From sequence record AP018399.1: a DNA stretch of 64,000 nucleotides, one strand, 5' to 3'. Shown here one piece after another: positions 30,481-39,153 of this stretch. Position numbers and translations under genes: made by a program. How positions within the stretch are numbered: the first letter of the stretch is position 1; each line of letters opens with the position of its first letter. The notes beneath the pieces were generated by a model. The model did not search any database, was not told the DNA's origin, and saw only the letters and a program-made list of their open reading frames with translations.

Positions 30481-30547
30481 AGAAAATGTCCGCGAAAGCG
30501 GACATTTTCTTTTGTGCTAAACAAAATGTCCGCTTTCGCGGACATTT
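30481..30547. terminator. Bidirectional terminator formed by two inverted copies of one GAAA hairpin
   Basis: AGAAAATGTCCGC-GAAA-GCGGACATTTTCT then AAATGTCCGC-TTTC-GCGGACATTT, between convergent operons. Confidence 0.85.
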
Positions 30548-30550
30548 ATG

Positions 30551-32191
30551 TTAGTTCTTGTAGTGTTCATTCTCTCGTCGGGTCTTCCCGTCGTAATGGT
30601 ACACGCGATTGTGGTTGATGACCGTCGCTAGCAGGCTACCGACCTTCAACTTCCCTTCACGCATGTGCATCATGGTCTGGCTCATCCAAGTCTGTTCATA
30701 AAGGTGAGCGTACTGGACTTCCTTGAAGACGACCTGTGTACCCTTCTTCGTGAACATGATAGGCCAGTTGCAGTAGTGGTATTCACCTACTGCGTATGGC
30801 AGACCCTTATGGCTGTTGGTGTAGAACACCTTGGTCGCCCAATTCTCACCACCCTTCTCCGGTTCCGGGAAGTATTCCTGACGCTTGTGTTCGGGAAGAT
30901 TCTTGTAGGCCCAATTGTGGTGGTTGTCACCATAGAACTCGGTGAAGGCAAGCTTCAAGTAATCTAGCTGCTCATTCTTCATGATATCCATGCACTTGTC
31001 GAACACGTCATCGTGGAAGGTTGTGAAACCCATCTTACACGGAGCCGCACCACGCTGCTGCATTAGCATGTCGTCTTCGAAGAACACCATGTAATTGTGC
31101 TTGGATTCTAGGAAGTGTTCTGCTGCGAACTGACGACCGCCATTGATGCCGATGTTGTCCTTCTTGAACTCTTCGAAACCATACTTCTCAAACAATGCCT
31201 TGTACTTCTTGTCTACACGCTTGTCGGTGGAGTTGTTGATAACGTACTTACGAACCTGTTTGAACACGTCTGGGAACGCCGAAATGAATGACTCAGCCCA
31301 TAGTTCAAACTGCTGTGGTAGATTATAAGTTAGCACGTATACGGCTAGTTCCTCTTCCACGTCCGGCAAGGGTCGGTCTTTTAGGTCTTGTAGGTAACGG
31401 TAAACTAGACCGTTGCTCTCAATCATACGTACATTCACCTTTTCTGGATGCTTGTATGCGATGATAGTGAAGATGGATTCCTCGGTACCCATCAATCCCT
31501 GATTCAACGAGTCGTTCAACAAACCGTAGTAGATATCGTTGATATCGTTGATTATGTGCTTCGGACCACCGAAGATACCACCACGGCACACGTACTGCGT
31601 ATCAGCACCGGCCATACGGTTCATGGCATTCTTTTCAAAGCCGTGAACTTCTAGGGTACCGTCATACGGGAACGCGACGTAGAGCATCTTGTTCATGTCC
31701 TGCGTAACGCGACGTTCGAAGTCAGCGTCCAAGTAAGCAGTAGGGTCGCCAATGGTATTTGCAATACCGGCGTCAATCCATAGGTAATACTTGGTGTCGA
31801 AGAAGTTGAAGTGGGTAGCGTCGTTCAAGAAGAACTGCTTGGACATTACAAGTGGGTTGTATAGCTCAAGCTTGGCCTGAGTGGAGTCCGGTAGCCAACC
31901 TGCGTAATTGAACCACTTCTCATCGGTACGAATCTTTTGTACTTGGTCGTAGAACGGGAACGCACGAAGGTCATCCAGCGTCTTGAAAATCAGACGGGTG
32001 TTCTCCTGCTTACGATACTTCCAGATGGTTTCTGCGAGCTTTTCTTCACAGTAGATTACCATCGGATAATCCACCTTCAATAGCTTGCTGAACGACTCAA
32101 CGTAGTGGTCGAACGAACGCTTGAAGCCGGAATCCAAGTCTCCGCGACCAAGGTCAAATAGGGCTGTAACTAGGGTAAGATTGCCGGCCAT
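30551..32191 (-). CDS. HtrL/YibB-family glycosyltransferase-like domain fused to a GT-A (GT2-like) domain
   Basis: LTLVTALFDLGR, YLWIDAG, GGIFGG, GTEESI; second domain AVYVLTYN...YVINNSTD...NIGINGGRQ...MVFFEDDML. Confidence 0.75.
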   Translation of the reverse strand: MAGNLTLVTALFDLGRGDLDSGFKRSFDHYVESFSKLLKVDYPMVIYCEEKLAETIWKYRKQENTRLIFKTLDDLRAFPFYDQVQKIRTDEKWFNYAGWLPDSTQAKLELYNPLVMSKQFFLNDATHFNFFDTKYYLWIDAGIANTIGDPTAYLDADFERRVTQDMNKMLYVAFPYDGTLEVHGFEKNAMNRMAGADTQYVCRGGIFGGPKHIINDINDIYYGLLNDSLNQGLMGTEESIFTIIAYKHPEKVNVRMIESNGLVYRYLQDLKDRPLPDVEEELAVYVLTYNLPQQFELWAESFISAFPDVFKQVRKYVINNSTDKRVDKKYKALFEKYGFEEFKKDNIGINGGRQFAAEHFLESKHNYMVFFEDDMLMQQRGAAPCKMGFTTFHDDVFDKCMDIMKNEQLDYLKLAFTEFYGDNHHNWAYKNLPEHKRQEYFPEPEKGGENWATKVFYTNSHKGLPYAVGEYHYCNWPIMFTKKGTQVVFKEVQYAHLYEQTWMSQTMMHMREGKLKVGSLLATVINHNRVYHYDGKTRRENEHYKN

Positions 32192-32194
32192 TGC

Positions 32195-32935
32195 TTAAAT
32201 AATCCTCATAATTTTGTCGTGATGTAGATACCTAAATGTATGTAGAACTGGATTTGTTCGCATGAAATTCAGGATGGGTGTATTGGGTAGATTCGACTCA
32301 CTCATGGCGTAAGAAATCTCCAAAGCTTCAATGAACGGGTTGATTCCTCGGTCATGGCAGCGCTTGGTAATCTCAACCCATGTGTCCATGAATGTCTTGA
32401 ATTCCGGACAATTTGGCTTGAAGAACATGAACACTTCGATGGGCATCTTGGCCTTAATCTTATTCATGTCGATACTCAACGCCTGAGCCTTCGGGTCCAG
32501 TAGGAACGCGATACCACCTTCCTCGCATGGACGATTGCGGAAGCGAGCGATTAGACCCTGTTCCGGCTGTGCGATGAAGTTCTGGAAGTCTTCTTCGTCC
32601 CAGCCAATCAGGAAGCCGTCAGCATCCGAATGGATAATCATGTCGTAACCGCCACGTTCGTATGCTACCTTCGTAGGTAGAATCTTCAAATTGAAGTTGA
32701 ACATGCGTTCAGCAAACCAAATGTTTTGGTCAGACACCGACTTGAATTCCACGATATGGATTCGGTTGGCGTCAAGTTCCGGATGCTCATTCACGTAGGT
32801 CGTCAATTCCTTAACATCATCGGTGATGACAATCACATCACCCTTGGTTAGAAGGTTGACGCAATCAATCAGAGTGCGGACTTTGTAATTGTGTTCCACG
32901 CCAAGGGCGAGGCTTGCGAATGCATACTTATGCAC
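32195..32935 (-). CDS. GT-A-like glycosyltransferase (DxD)
   Basis: VIVITDD, FNFNLK, IIHSDADGFL; co-transcribed with the GT cluster. Confidence 0.55.
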   Translation of the reverse strand: MHKYAFASLALGVEHNYKVRTLIDCVNLLTKGDVIVITDDVKELTTYVNEHPELDANRIHIVEFKSVSDQNIWFAERMFNFNLKILPTKVAYERGGYDMIIHSDADGFLIGWDEEDFQNFIAQPEQGLIARFRNRPCEEGGIAFLLDPKAQALSIDMNKIKAKMPIEVFMFFKPNCPEFKTFMDTWVEITKRCHDRGINPFIEALEISYAMSESNLPNTPILNFMRTNPVLHTFRYLHHDKIMRII

Positions 32936-33788
32936 GAATCACCTTAAAGAAATCTGAGAACGCTACGTGAACGTTCGGGTCGTACAGGTCAATCGGCCAG
33001 TCGTCATGGTACCAGCTATTGAACTTGAAATTTGTGTAAAGCTCTGGCTCACGCTGGTGAAGGTAGTACATGATTTCCTCTTCCTTGAGAAGAACGTCAT
33101 GGTCAATCACAAGCTGCATGTGCGTCGTTGCCTTGCCGATGTAATCCAACAGTACGTCACGCTTGCCGCCGAAGATACCGCCGATTACGGCGTATTCTGG
33201 ACGGTCTGGGTAGACTTGTACGTAATCGTCAGAGCCGTGGTTCACGGTCTGTGACAGGATATTCAGCACCTTGTCGCCAGCGTGCTTGTTCAGGTCTTCA
33301 AATAGATTACGCTTCTGGTTGATGAGGTCGAAATCGTAGAACGACTTACTCTCTGGACTACGGAACTTATTGGTAATCAGGCCACCGTGGAAGATACCGG
33401 CATCAATCCAGTACAGGCTATCGCCAGCTTCTAGCTCCGTGGTATTCTTCCAGAGCCAGTAGAACTTACCCCACATGATTTCCACACAGCGGGAACGCCA
33501 TGCATCTTCGGTAGTGTACTTCGCCTTACGGTCCTTGATGGCTTCAATCTGCTGATGGAAGTAGTTCTCGGATAGTTCCTCGACAACCAACTTGACATTC
33601 GGATGATTCTCAAACCAATTGGTCAAGTCTTCCAGATGCGCAGAAGCAGTATAGCAGACGATGGAGTAGCCACCGTCTGCCAGAGAGCGAAGCGAAAGTT
33701 TGTAGCGGTCATAGATGGCCGCTGTGTTACCGTTATATCGTGTGCCCTCTAGTCCAGTATAGATTGCAGTTACGAATTGGGGCTTCAC
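32928..33788 (-). CDS. HtrL/YibB-family glycosyltransferase-like protein
   Basis: FVTAIY, MWGKFYWL, LYWIDAGI, GGIFGG, EEEIM; paralogue of 30551..32191. Confidence 0.7.
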   Translation of the reverse strand: MKPQFVTAIYTGLEGTRYNGNTAAIYDRYKLSLRSLADGGYSIVCYTASAHLEDLTNWFENHPNVKLVVEELSENYFHQQIEAIKDRKAKYTTEDAWRSRCVEIMWGKFYWLWKNTTELEAGDSLYWIDAGIFHGGLITNKFRSPESKSFYDFDLINQKRNLFEDLNKHAGDKVLNILSQTVNHGSDDYVQVYPDRPEYAVIGGIFGGKRDVLLDYIGKATTHMQLVIDHDVLLKEEEIMYYLHQREPELYTNFKFNSWYHDDWPIDLYDPNVHVAFSDFFKVIRA

Positions 33789-33790
33789 GG

Positions 33791-36088
33791 TTATTCCTCT
33801 ATCAATTTAACCTTGTCTACTGCGCCTAGAATGGCTGGGGCTAGGTATTCATGGTCTAGGTTACTGACCTTGCCTAGCTGGCAGTACCATAGGTACATTG
33901 CCTCCCACTGATTGCTTAGCCATTCTACATTTTCAAAATTGCCACCGAAGAACTTCACTGATGGGTGTAGTTCGCCCATACCACGACCGAACTTGTCACT
34001 CAACCACTTCTCATCGAATGTCGTGTTGACGATATCACGCTTAGCCGATAGGATTAGGTGTGAATTGTTCTGCGACATTGTAATTAGATTGTTCAAGTCC
34101 TTCTGGAAGGTCGCCGGGTCGAACTGAGCTAGGTCAACGAAGACGTGGTGTGAAGCCATGTAGCGGTCTTCGTTCAACGCTTCCTTCGTCCATAGCAGAC
34201 GAATCTTGTCATAGGCACCAACGACCGTCTTCTCTCCGTGGTAGTTCTTGAGGTACACATGACGCGGTTCCACAGTGTAGACATGGAAGCCAGTCAGGTC
34301 ATGCTTAGCCTTGGTGGACTCTTCGGTGATGATGACTACATTGTCCTTACCACGTAGAGCCGCTAGGTTCTTGGCAATCGTTTCGTGCTGGTCCGGAGAC
34401 TGTTCGAACACGAACGCATTGACGCCCATTCCTGCGCGAGCCTTCTTCGAAGTGAATACCGGCGAACGCTTGAACTTACGGGCATCCTTCTTCTTGAAGA
34501 TGAGGTTACCCTTGTAGTAGATAGCGTCCATTTCCGAGTTGTCTAGGATGGAGAATGCATCCGATAGACGGGTCAGAATTGGCTTACCATTCACGTTGAA
34601 CGAAGTGTTCAAGATGACAGCATGACCGGCGTGCTTTTCGAACTCGGTGATTAGGTCATAGATTAGTTCGTTCTGTAGACGGGTCACCGTCTGTAGACGA
34701 GCCGTACCGTCCGTGTGGGTGATGGCCGGGAGCGTTGCCTTGTACTCTTCACGCACGTTGGCGACGAACGTCATATGACGCGACTCAACGTTGTAGTCGT
34801 AGTGGAAATACTTGTTGGCATCCTCTAGACGCACGATAGGAGCGAACGGACGGTACCATTCACGATGCTTGACCTTGTGGTTCAGCACATCCTTCATGTC
34901 GCCTGACGGGTTACAGATGATTGAGCGATTGCCTAGCGCACGCGAACCATGTTCCGAATTACCTTGGATTAGACCGACGATGTTGTTGTCAGCCACGAAC
35001 TCAGCAAGCTCCTGAACCGTCACGTTCTCGTAAACGAAATACTTTGACTGGTCCTGAATGTAGGTTGAGAATTCCTTGTCGTCCAGAATCGGTAGACCGG
35101 AGTAGGTCAGGTCAACCGGGTACTTCGGAGCGATGTGCCATAGCAGGCCACCAGCGGAGATACCACAGTCGCTAGTGTTCGGCGGAACGAAGACGTTACC
35201 ACCCTTGATTTCAAGCAGACGAGCGTTCAGAAGAACGTTCAGACCACAACCACCAGACACGACTAGCGGAATGTGACTGTACTGTTCTAGGAACGGCCCT
35301 GCCAATTCAAGGAAGACTTCCTCAAAGGCTTTCTGGGTCGTAGCAGCGATATCCCAAGCGACCTGACCGCTAAAGCGCGTCTTTTCAAAGTCAAATCCTT
35401 CGAATAGACCGATAGCGGTTAGTAGGTCGGTGACAGCCTTGGTTCGCAGTTCTAGACCACCGATGTAGGAGTCTCCACTGTATACGAATTGCTTGTAGTA
35501 GTGTTTGAAGGCATCCATCCACTCTTCGCGGACGGTACCATACGAGCATAGACCCATCAGCTTACCGGCATACACAAGGTTGCCGATGCTCAAGGAATCT
35601 CGCTTGATATCCTCAAGGTAGTCGGCAAGCAGCATGTATGGGAAGCCAAGGTCATTAGGTAGACGATGGATGAGCTTGATACCTGTGTTTCGGTCAGCTT
35701 CGTAGAAATTGAAGTAGCTACCATCACCGCCACCGTCGAACGAAATGGCTAGAGCCTTGTCGAACGGTGACTGGTAGAAAGCAGCCGCAGCATGTGCAAC
35801 ATGGTGGTCTGCGGCTAGTTGCTTCTTGTACTTGAACTTCGGAACAATCTTGCTCACGTAACCGGTGATGTAAACGTCAACTTCTGTCTTACCAGCCTTG
35901 GCTAGAAGCCAATCGGTAATCTCATCGAACACCACCTGTGGATGTGAACACGGCATGTAATTCACCAAGCCGATGTTCTTTGAGTTCAACCAACGTTCTA
36001 CTTCAACTACAGTGTATTCGCCCTTGTAATACATTGAGATTGCGGCGTTATGGGAACCATACGCCGAAATCACCAGATAATCGTTCAT
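33791..36088 (-). CDS. NodU/CmcH/TobZ-family O-carbamoyltransferase with C-terminal degenerate HtrL-like domain
   Basis: HHVAHAAAAFYQSPF, FDGGGD, GKLMGL, GGCGLN, D.GIS.G, EHGSRALGNRSI, REWYRPFAP, H.DGTARLQTV, LNTSFN..GKPI. Confidence 0.92.
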   Translation of the reverse strand: MNDYLVISAYGSHNAAISMYYKGEYTVVEVERWLNSKNIGLVNYMPCSHPQVVFDEITDWLLAKAGKTEVDVYITGYVSKIVPKFKYKKQLAADHHVAHAAAAFYQSPFDKALAISFDGGGDGSYFNFYEADRNTGIKLIHRLPNDLGFPYMLLADYLEDIKRDSLSIGNLVYAGKLMGLCSYGTVREEWMDAFKHYYKQFVYSGDSYIGGLELRTKAVTDLLTAIGLFEGFDFEKTRFSGQVAWDIAATTQKAFEEVFLELAGPFLEQYSHIPLVVSGGCGLNVLLNARLLEIKGGNVFVPPNTSDCGISAGGLLWHIAPKYPVDLTYSGLPILDDKEFSTYIQDQSKYFVYENVTVQELAEFVADNNIVGLIQGNSEHGSRALGNRSIICNPSGDMKDVLNHKVKHREWYRPFAPIVRLEDANKYFHYDYNVESRHMTFVANVREEYKATLPAITHTDGTARLQTVTRLQNELIYDLITEFEKHAGHAVILNTSFNVNGKPILTRLSDAFSILDNSEMDAIYYKGNLIFKKKDARKFKRSPVFTSKKARAGMGVNAFVFEQSPDQHETIAKNLAALRGKDNVVIITEESTKAKHDLTGFHVYTVEPRHVYLKNYHGEKTVVGAYDKIRLLWTKEALNEDRYMASHHVFVDLAQFDPATFQKDLNNLITMSQNNSHLILSAKRDIVNTTFDEKWLSDKFGRGMGELHPSVKFFGGNFENVEWLSNQWEAMYLWYCQLGKVSNLDHEYLAPAILGAVDKVKLIEE

Positions 36089-36134
36089 TGTGTACCTTTG
36101 AATTGTTTTGACTTAGTATTTACCATTCTGCCAA

Positions 36135-37508
36135 TTAGACTGTAACTGGCTTGGCGATACGATTGCCCCAACCCTTCGACGCACTGTGCGGCCATACGAT
36201 GTACTGCGTAGCAGCCTGATTGCCACGCCAAATTAGGCGGAAGTCAATCCATTCGTTCTGGACGTAAGCCTTGATTTCGTGCGGCTGTGCGTCCTTACGG
36301 AAGATTTCCTTACCCTCTGCGTCAGCCGAACCGACGTACCAGAATGTCATGTCATCCGGTAGCGTTCCGTCTGGGAAGGTTAGTTCGTTGCGGTGGATTA
36401 GAACGCGGATATCATGCGAACCCACGAAGGTTCCCTTCCACTGTTCCTCATTCTCATACACGAAGTCGCCCGGTGGTTCTAGACGGTCGATGGTCTTCTG
36501 CTGAACACCACGGTACTTGAAGCTGATACCGGCGTACTGTTCGTACTCAAGCACGGTGCGTGCAGTACCGAAACCGTACTTGCCGAAATCAATCTGTGAC
36601 GGGTCTTCACCATCCATTCCAAATAGAATGCGGTTACGCTTGTGGCATAGGTCATTACGCTGGACCCAATCTAGCTCCACACGGCCCTTATTCTTCTGTG
36701 CAGTGGTGTGGTCGTCCCAAACCTTGGTACGGCCCTTACGGGTGTACTCGTGCCATGCGATTAGGCGGTGCGGGTGATACAGGTCATAGCCGTGAGTGTA
36801 TGCACGGACAGCGATGGAGATTTCTTCACCGTGGAAGAAGTATTCCGGGTCGTGCTGAACTTCTTCTGCGAAGATGCCATCGGCAAATGCGAAGTGAGCA
36901 GAGAAGAAGCGAGCGCGCATCGGTTCAGTGAGTTCCTTCCAGTTGTCGATAGTTGACGGAATGAAGAACACAGCACCTTCCGGAATGAAGCGGTCAAAGT
37001 CCATCTTCCACGGGTCTTGTACGCGAGCGCCGGGGTCATTCTCTGGGTCGAACGACGGAATGTAAGCGGTTAGAAGCGGCTTCGGTGACTTGGTACGAAG
37101 ACCTTCTAGCATTTCGATAGCGACCTCATCCCAGCCTTCAACGAAGCGGTGGTGAGAGTCAAGCTGCATGGTATACTTTTCCTTGGAGTATAGCTGCTGA
37201 ATCTGGTTACGTGCCCAGCAAGCGCCCTTGGTCTTATGGAAGTGAATGTCGATGACAGACAGCTTGGTGCCTTCTGGGCTTACGACGTTCAGGACAGTCG
37301 CACCACCAACACGCTGGTCTTCGGAAAAGCCTTCAACAACGAAGCCAGCATCTAGGAAAATGTCGGTCGGTTCGTCTTCACCATGCTGCCAGCAGATACC
37401 TACGTGTAGGTTCTCTGGATGCTTGGCGTTCTCAATCATGTTGCGTAGGGTAGGAATCAACTGCGGGTCGCGGTACGCGGCCATCTGAACGTAAATGGTA
37501 TTGGTCAT
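36135..37508 (-). CDS. GT60-like polypeptide/hydroxyproline alpha-GlcNAc transferase (Skp1 GlcNAcT/Gnt1 family)
   Basis: TIYVQMAAYRDPQL, GICWQ, KGACWAR, QLDSHHRF (DxH), KPLLTAY, FSAHFAF, FF.GEEISIAVRAYTHGYDLY.P. Confidence 0.85.
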   Translation of the reverse strand: MTNTIYVQMAAYRDPQLIPTLRNMIENAKHPENLHVGICWQHGEDEPTDIFLDAGFVVEGFSEDQRVGGATVLNVVSPEGTKLSVIDIHFHKTKGACWARNQIQQLYSKEKYTMQLDSHHRFVEGWDEVAIEMLEGLRTKSPKPLLTAYIPSFDPENDPGARVQDPWKMDFDRFIPEGAVFFIPSTIDNWKELTEPMRARFFSAHFAFADGIFAEEVQHDPEYFFHGEEISIAVRAYTHGYDLYHPHRLIAWHEYTRKGRTKVWDDHTTAQKNKGRVELDWVQRNDLCHKRNRILFGMDGEDPSQIDFGKYGFGTARTVLEYEQYAGISFKYRGVQQKTIDRLEPPGDFVYENEEQWKGTFVGSHDIRVLIHRNELTFPDGTLPDDMTFWYVGSADAEGKEIFRKDAQPHEIKAYVQNEWIDFRLIWRGNQAATQYIVWPHSASKGWGNRIAKPVTV

Positions 37509-37570
37509 GAATAGGTTCCTGTAAAAGTTACTCTTTTACTTATTACAAGTGTTTTAACAAGTAATCCATA

Positions 37571-37620
37571 TTAGAGGATACGATTCCATGTTAGTGGATA
37601 CGATTCAATCTTAGAGGATA
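37571..37620 (+). repeat. 2.5 tandem copies of a 20-bp unit in a divergent promoter region
   Basis: TTAGAGGATACGATTCCATG / TTAGTGGATACGATTCAATC / TTAGAGGATA. Confidence 0.85.
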
Positions 37621-37630
37621 AATATCCTTC

Positions 37631-38068
37631 ATGAATGTAAAAGAATTCCTCCAAACACCCAATTGGGCTATTCGCCTAAGCAAACTATCCTACGCATCAC
37701 GTAAGATGATTGAGAACAACATCGTCTTCCAGACACCCTTCCTGCCACAGACGGCTACCATTCCACAACGAGCATGGCACATCGTCCATGAAGTGAACAC
37801 GGTTCCAGTCTGTAGCATCTGTGGACAGTTCTTGAAGTTTCAGAAGACGAACAAGTATTCGTCCTACTGTTCGGTTAAGTGTTCCAGAAAATCACCTGAC
37901 GTGCATAAGAAGAAACTCAAGACAGAAATCGCCAAGTGTGGTAGTGTGGAGAAGTTCAGGGAAAAGAAAGCCGCTACATTCAGGCAAATTTCCCAAGAGC
38001 TTTACGGAGTGGACAATATCTCACAGGCCGAAAGCATCAAAGAGCAGATAAAGAAAAAGCGAGGATAA
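37631..38068 (+). CDS. Zn-finger protein resembling the N-terminal part of phage homing-endonuclease-like proteins
   Basis: CSIC...YCSVKC; YGVDNISQ.E.IKE.IK; no nuclease domain follows. Confidence 0.55.
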   Translation: MNVKEFLQTPNWAIRLSKLSYASRKMIENNIVFQTPFLPQTATIPQRAWHIVHEVNTVPVCSICGQFLKFQKTNKYSSYCSVKCSRKSPDVHKKKLKTEIAKCGSVEKFREKKAATFRQISQELYGVDNISQAESIKEQIKKKRG

Positions 38069-38104
38069 ATCCTCGCTTTTCTTATGCTTGATTGTCAGAG
38101 CTTA

Positions 38105-38647
38105 TTAGGCTTTGACCTTACGCGGGCGACCGGCCTTGCGCTTCGGAGCGGCAACCGCAACCGGTGCAGCTTCCTCGTCGCCTTCCTCTAGCTCGACGTA
38201 TTCAACGTCGTGGTCTTCGGTCACGGCAACAGCCTTAGCGTTCGGGTCGGTATAACCGGCCGATGCTGGACCCTTGTAGCCGAACTCGCTAATCGGTAGA
38301 CCGCGAGCCTGACCCGGAGACACGATTTCACCACCAATGGTGCGAACCTTGACGAACTGCTGGAAGAACTCAAGCGAATTCATGCCGTTCGGTAGGGTCT
38401 TCTGGCTCATCAAGTCCCATAGGGCGTAACGAGCGCTGTCACGGGTAAGGATAATCTGCTTTAGGCGCTTGATATCAATCGGGTCTAGGTGGTCTAGACG
38501 GATGAAGTACAAGTCACCGTTACGCTGGTCAATCGCCATGACGGCGACTTCTGTTGCAATCTGCTTGCCGAAAAGGTCAACAGCCGCAATGTGCGGGAAC
38601 TGGCGTGACCATTCGAAGTAGTAAGGTAGGTTCGGTTTGCTGCTCAT
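38105..38647 (-). CDS. Conserved-looking hypothetical protein with acidic/basic tail
   Basis: AGGAG RBS before ATG 38647; TAAATA at 38700-38705; C-terminal KRKAGRPRK. Confidence 0.75.
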   Translation of the reverse strand: MSSKPNLPYYFEWSRQFPHIAAVDLFGKQIATEVAVMAIDQRNGDLYFIRLDHLDPIDIKRLKQIILTRDSARYALWDLMSQKTLPNGMNSLEFFQQFVKVRTIGGEIVSPGQARGLPISEFGYKGPASAGYTDPNAKAVAVTEDHDVEYVELEEGDEEAAPVAVAAPKRKAGRPRKVKA

Positions 38648-38721
38648 TGTAATTTTCTCCTGAATATTGTACAATCACTGTGCAGTGTAAGCTGGAAAAT
38701 ATTTAGAACAGGAAAAATGTC

Positions 38722-39153
38722 GTGAGCGCGAATCAGAACATCTTTAGGGCGGGCATCATTCCGTACTTCATTAACGGCAATTCCGTACATTTCAAGTTCA
38801 TGAAGCCATCCGACCCGAAGTTCGGTGGACCGGATTGGCAGATTGCCAAGGGTCGCGTCGAAGGTGATGATGACAATTTGGTTACCGCTCTCCGTGAGGG
38901 TGCCGAAGAACTCGGCCTCAAGGAATCCAACATCATCAGCATCACCGAACTAGGTGTGTACCTTGGTCGTACTTGCGTCTTTATCTGTGAAGTCAAGGAC
39001 GCTTCGGACTTTGACCCGTTCCATTATGAAACGGGTGCTGTTGTATGGTTCACCCTAAATGAATTCATTCGCAGCAACGGTCGTGAACTTCACCTACCAA
39101 TCATTCAAGATGCGGACCGCTACATCAAGTCCCAGATTGCCGGTAAGGAATGA
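38722..39153 (+). CDS. NUDIX hydrolase
   Basis: Nudix box KGRVEGDDDNLVTALREGAEELG. Confidence 0.9.
   Translation: MSANQNIFRAGIIPYFINGNSVHFKFMKPSDPKFGGPDWQIAKGRVEGDDDNLVTALREGAEELGLKESNIISITELGVYLGRTCVFICEVKDASDFDPFHYETGAVVWFTLNEFIRSNGRELHLPIIQDADRYIKSQIAGKE

Noticed and set aside
37571-37620. Possible CRISPR mini-array
   Set aside because: Contiguous 20-bp units with no unique spacers and no cas genes
38666-38687. Adjacent short palindromes ATTGTACAAT and CACTG-TG-CAGTG in a divergent promoter
   Set aside because: Too short and not repeated elsewhere that I could see; may be chance
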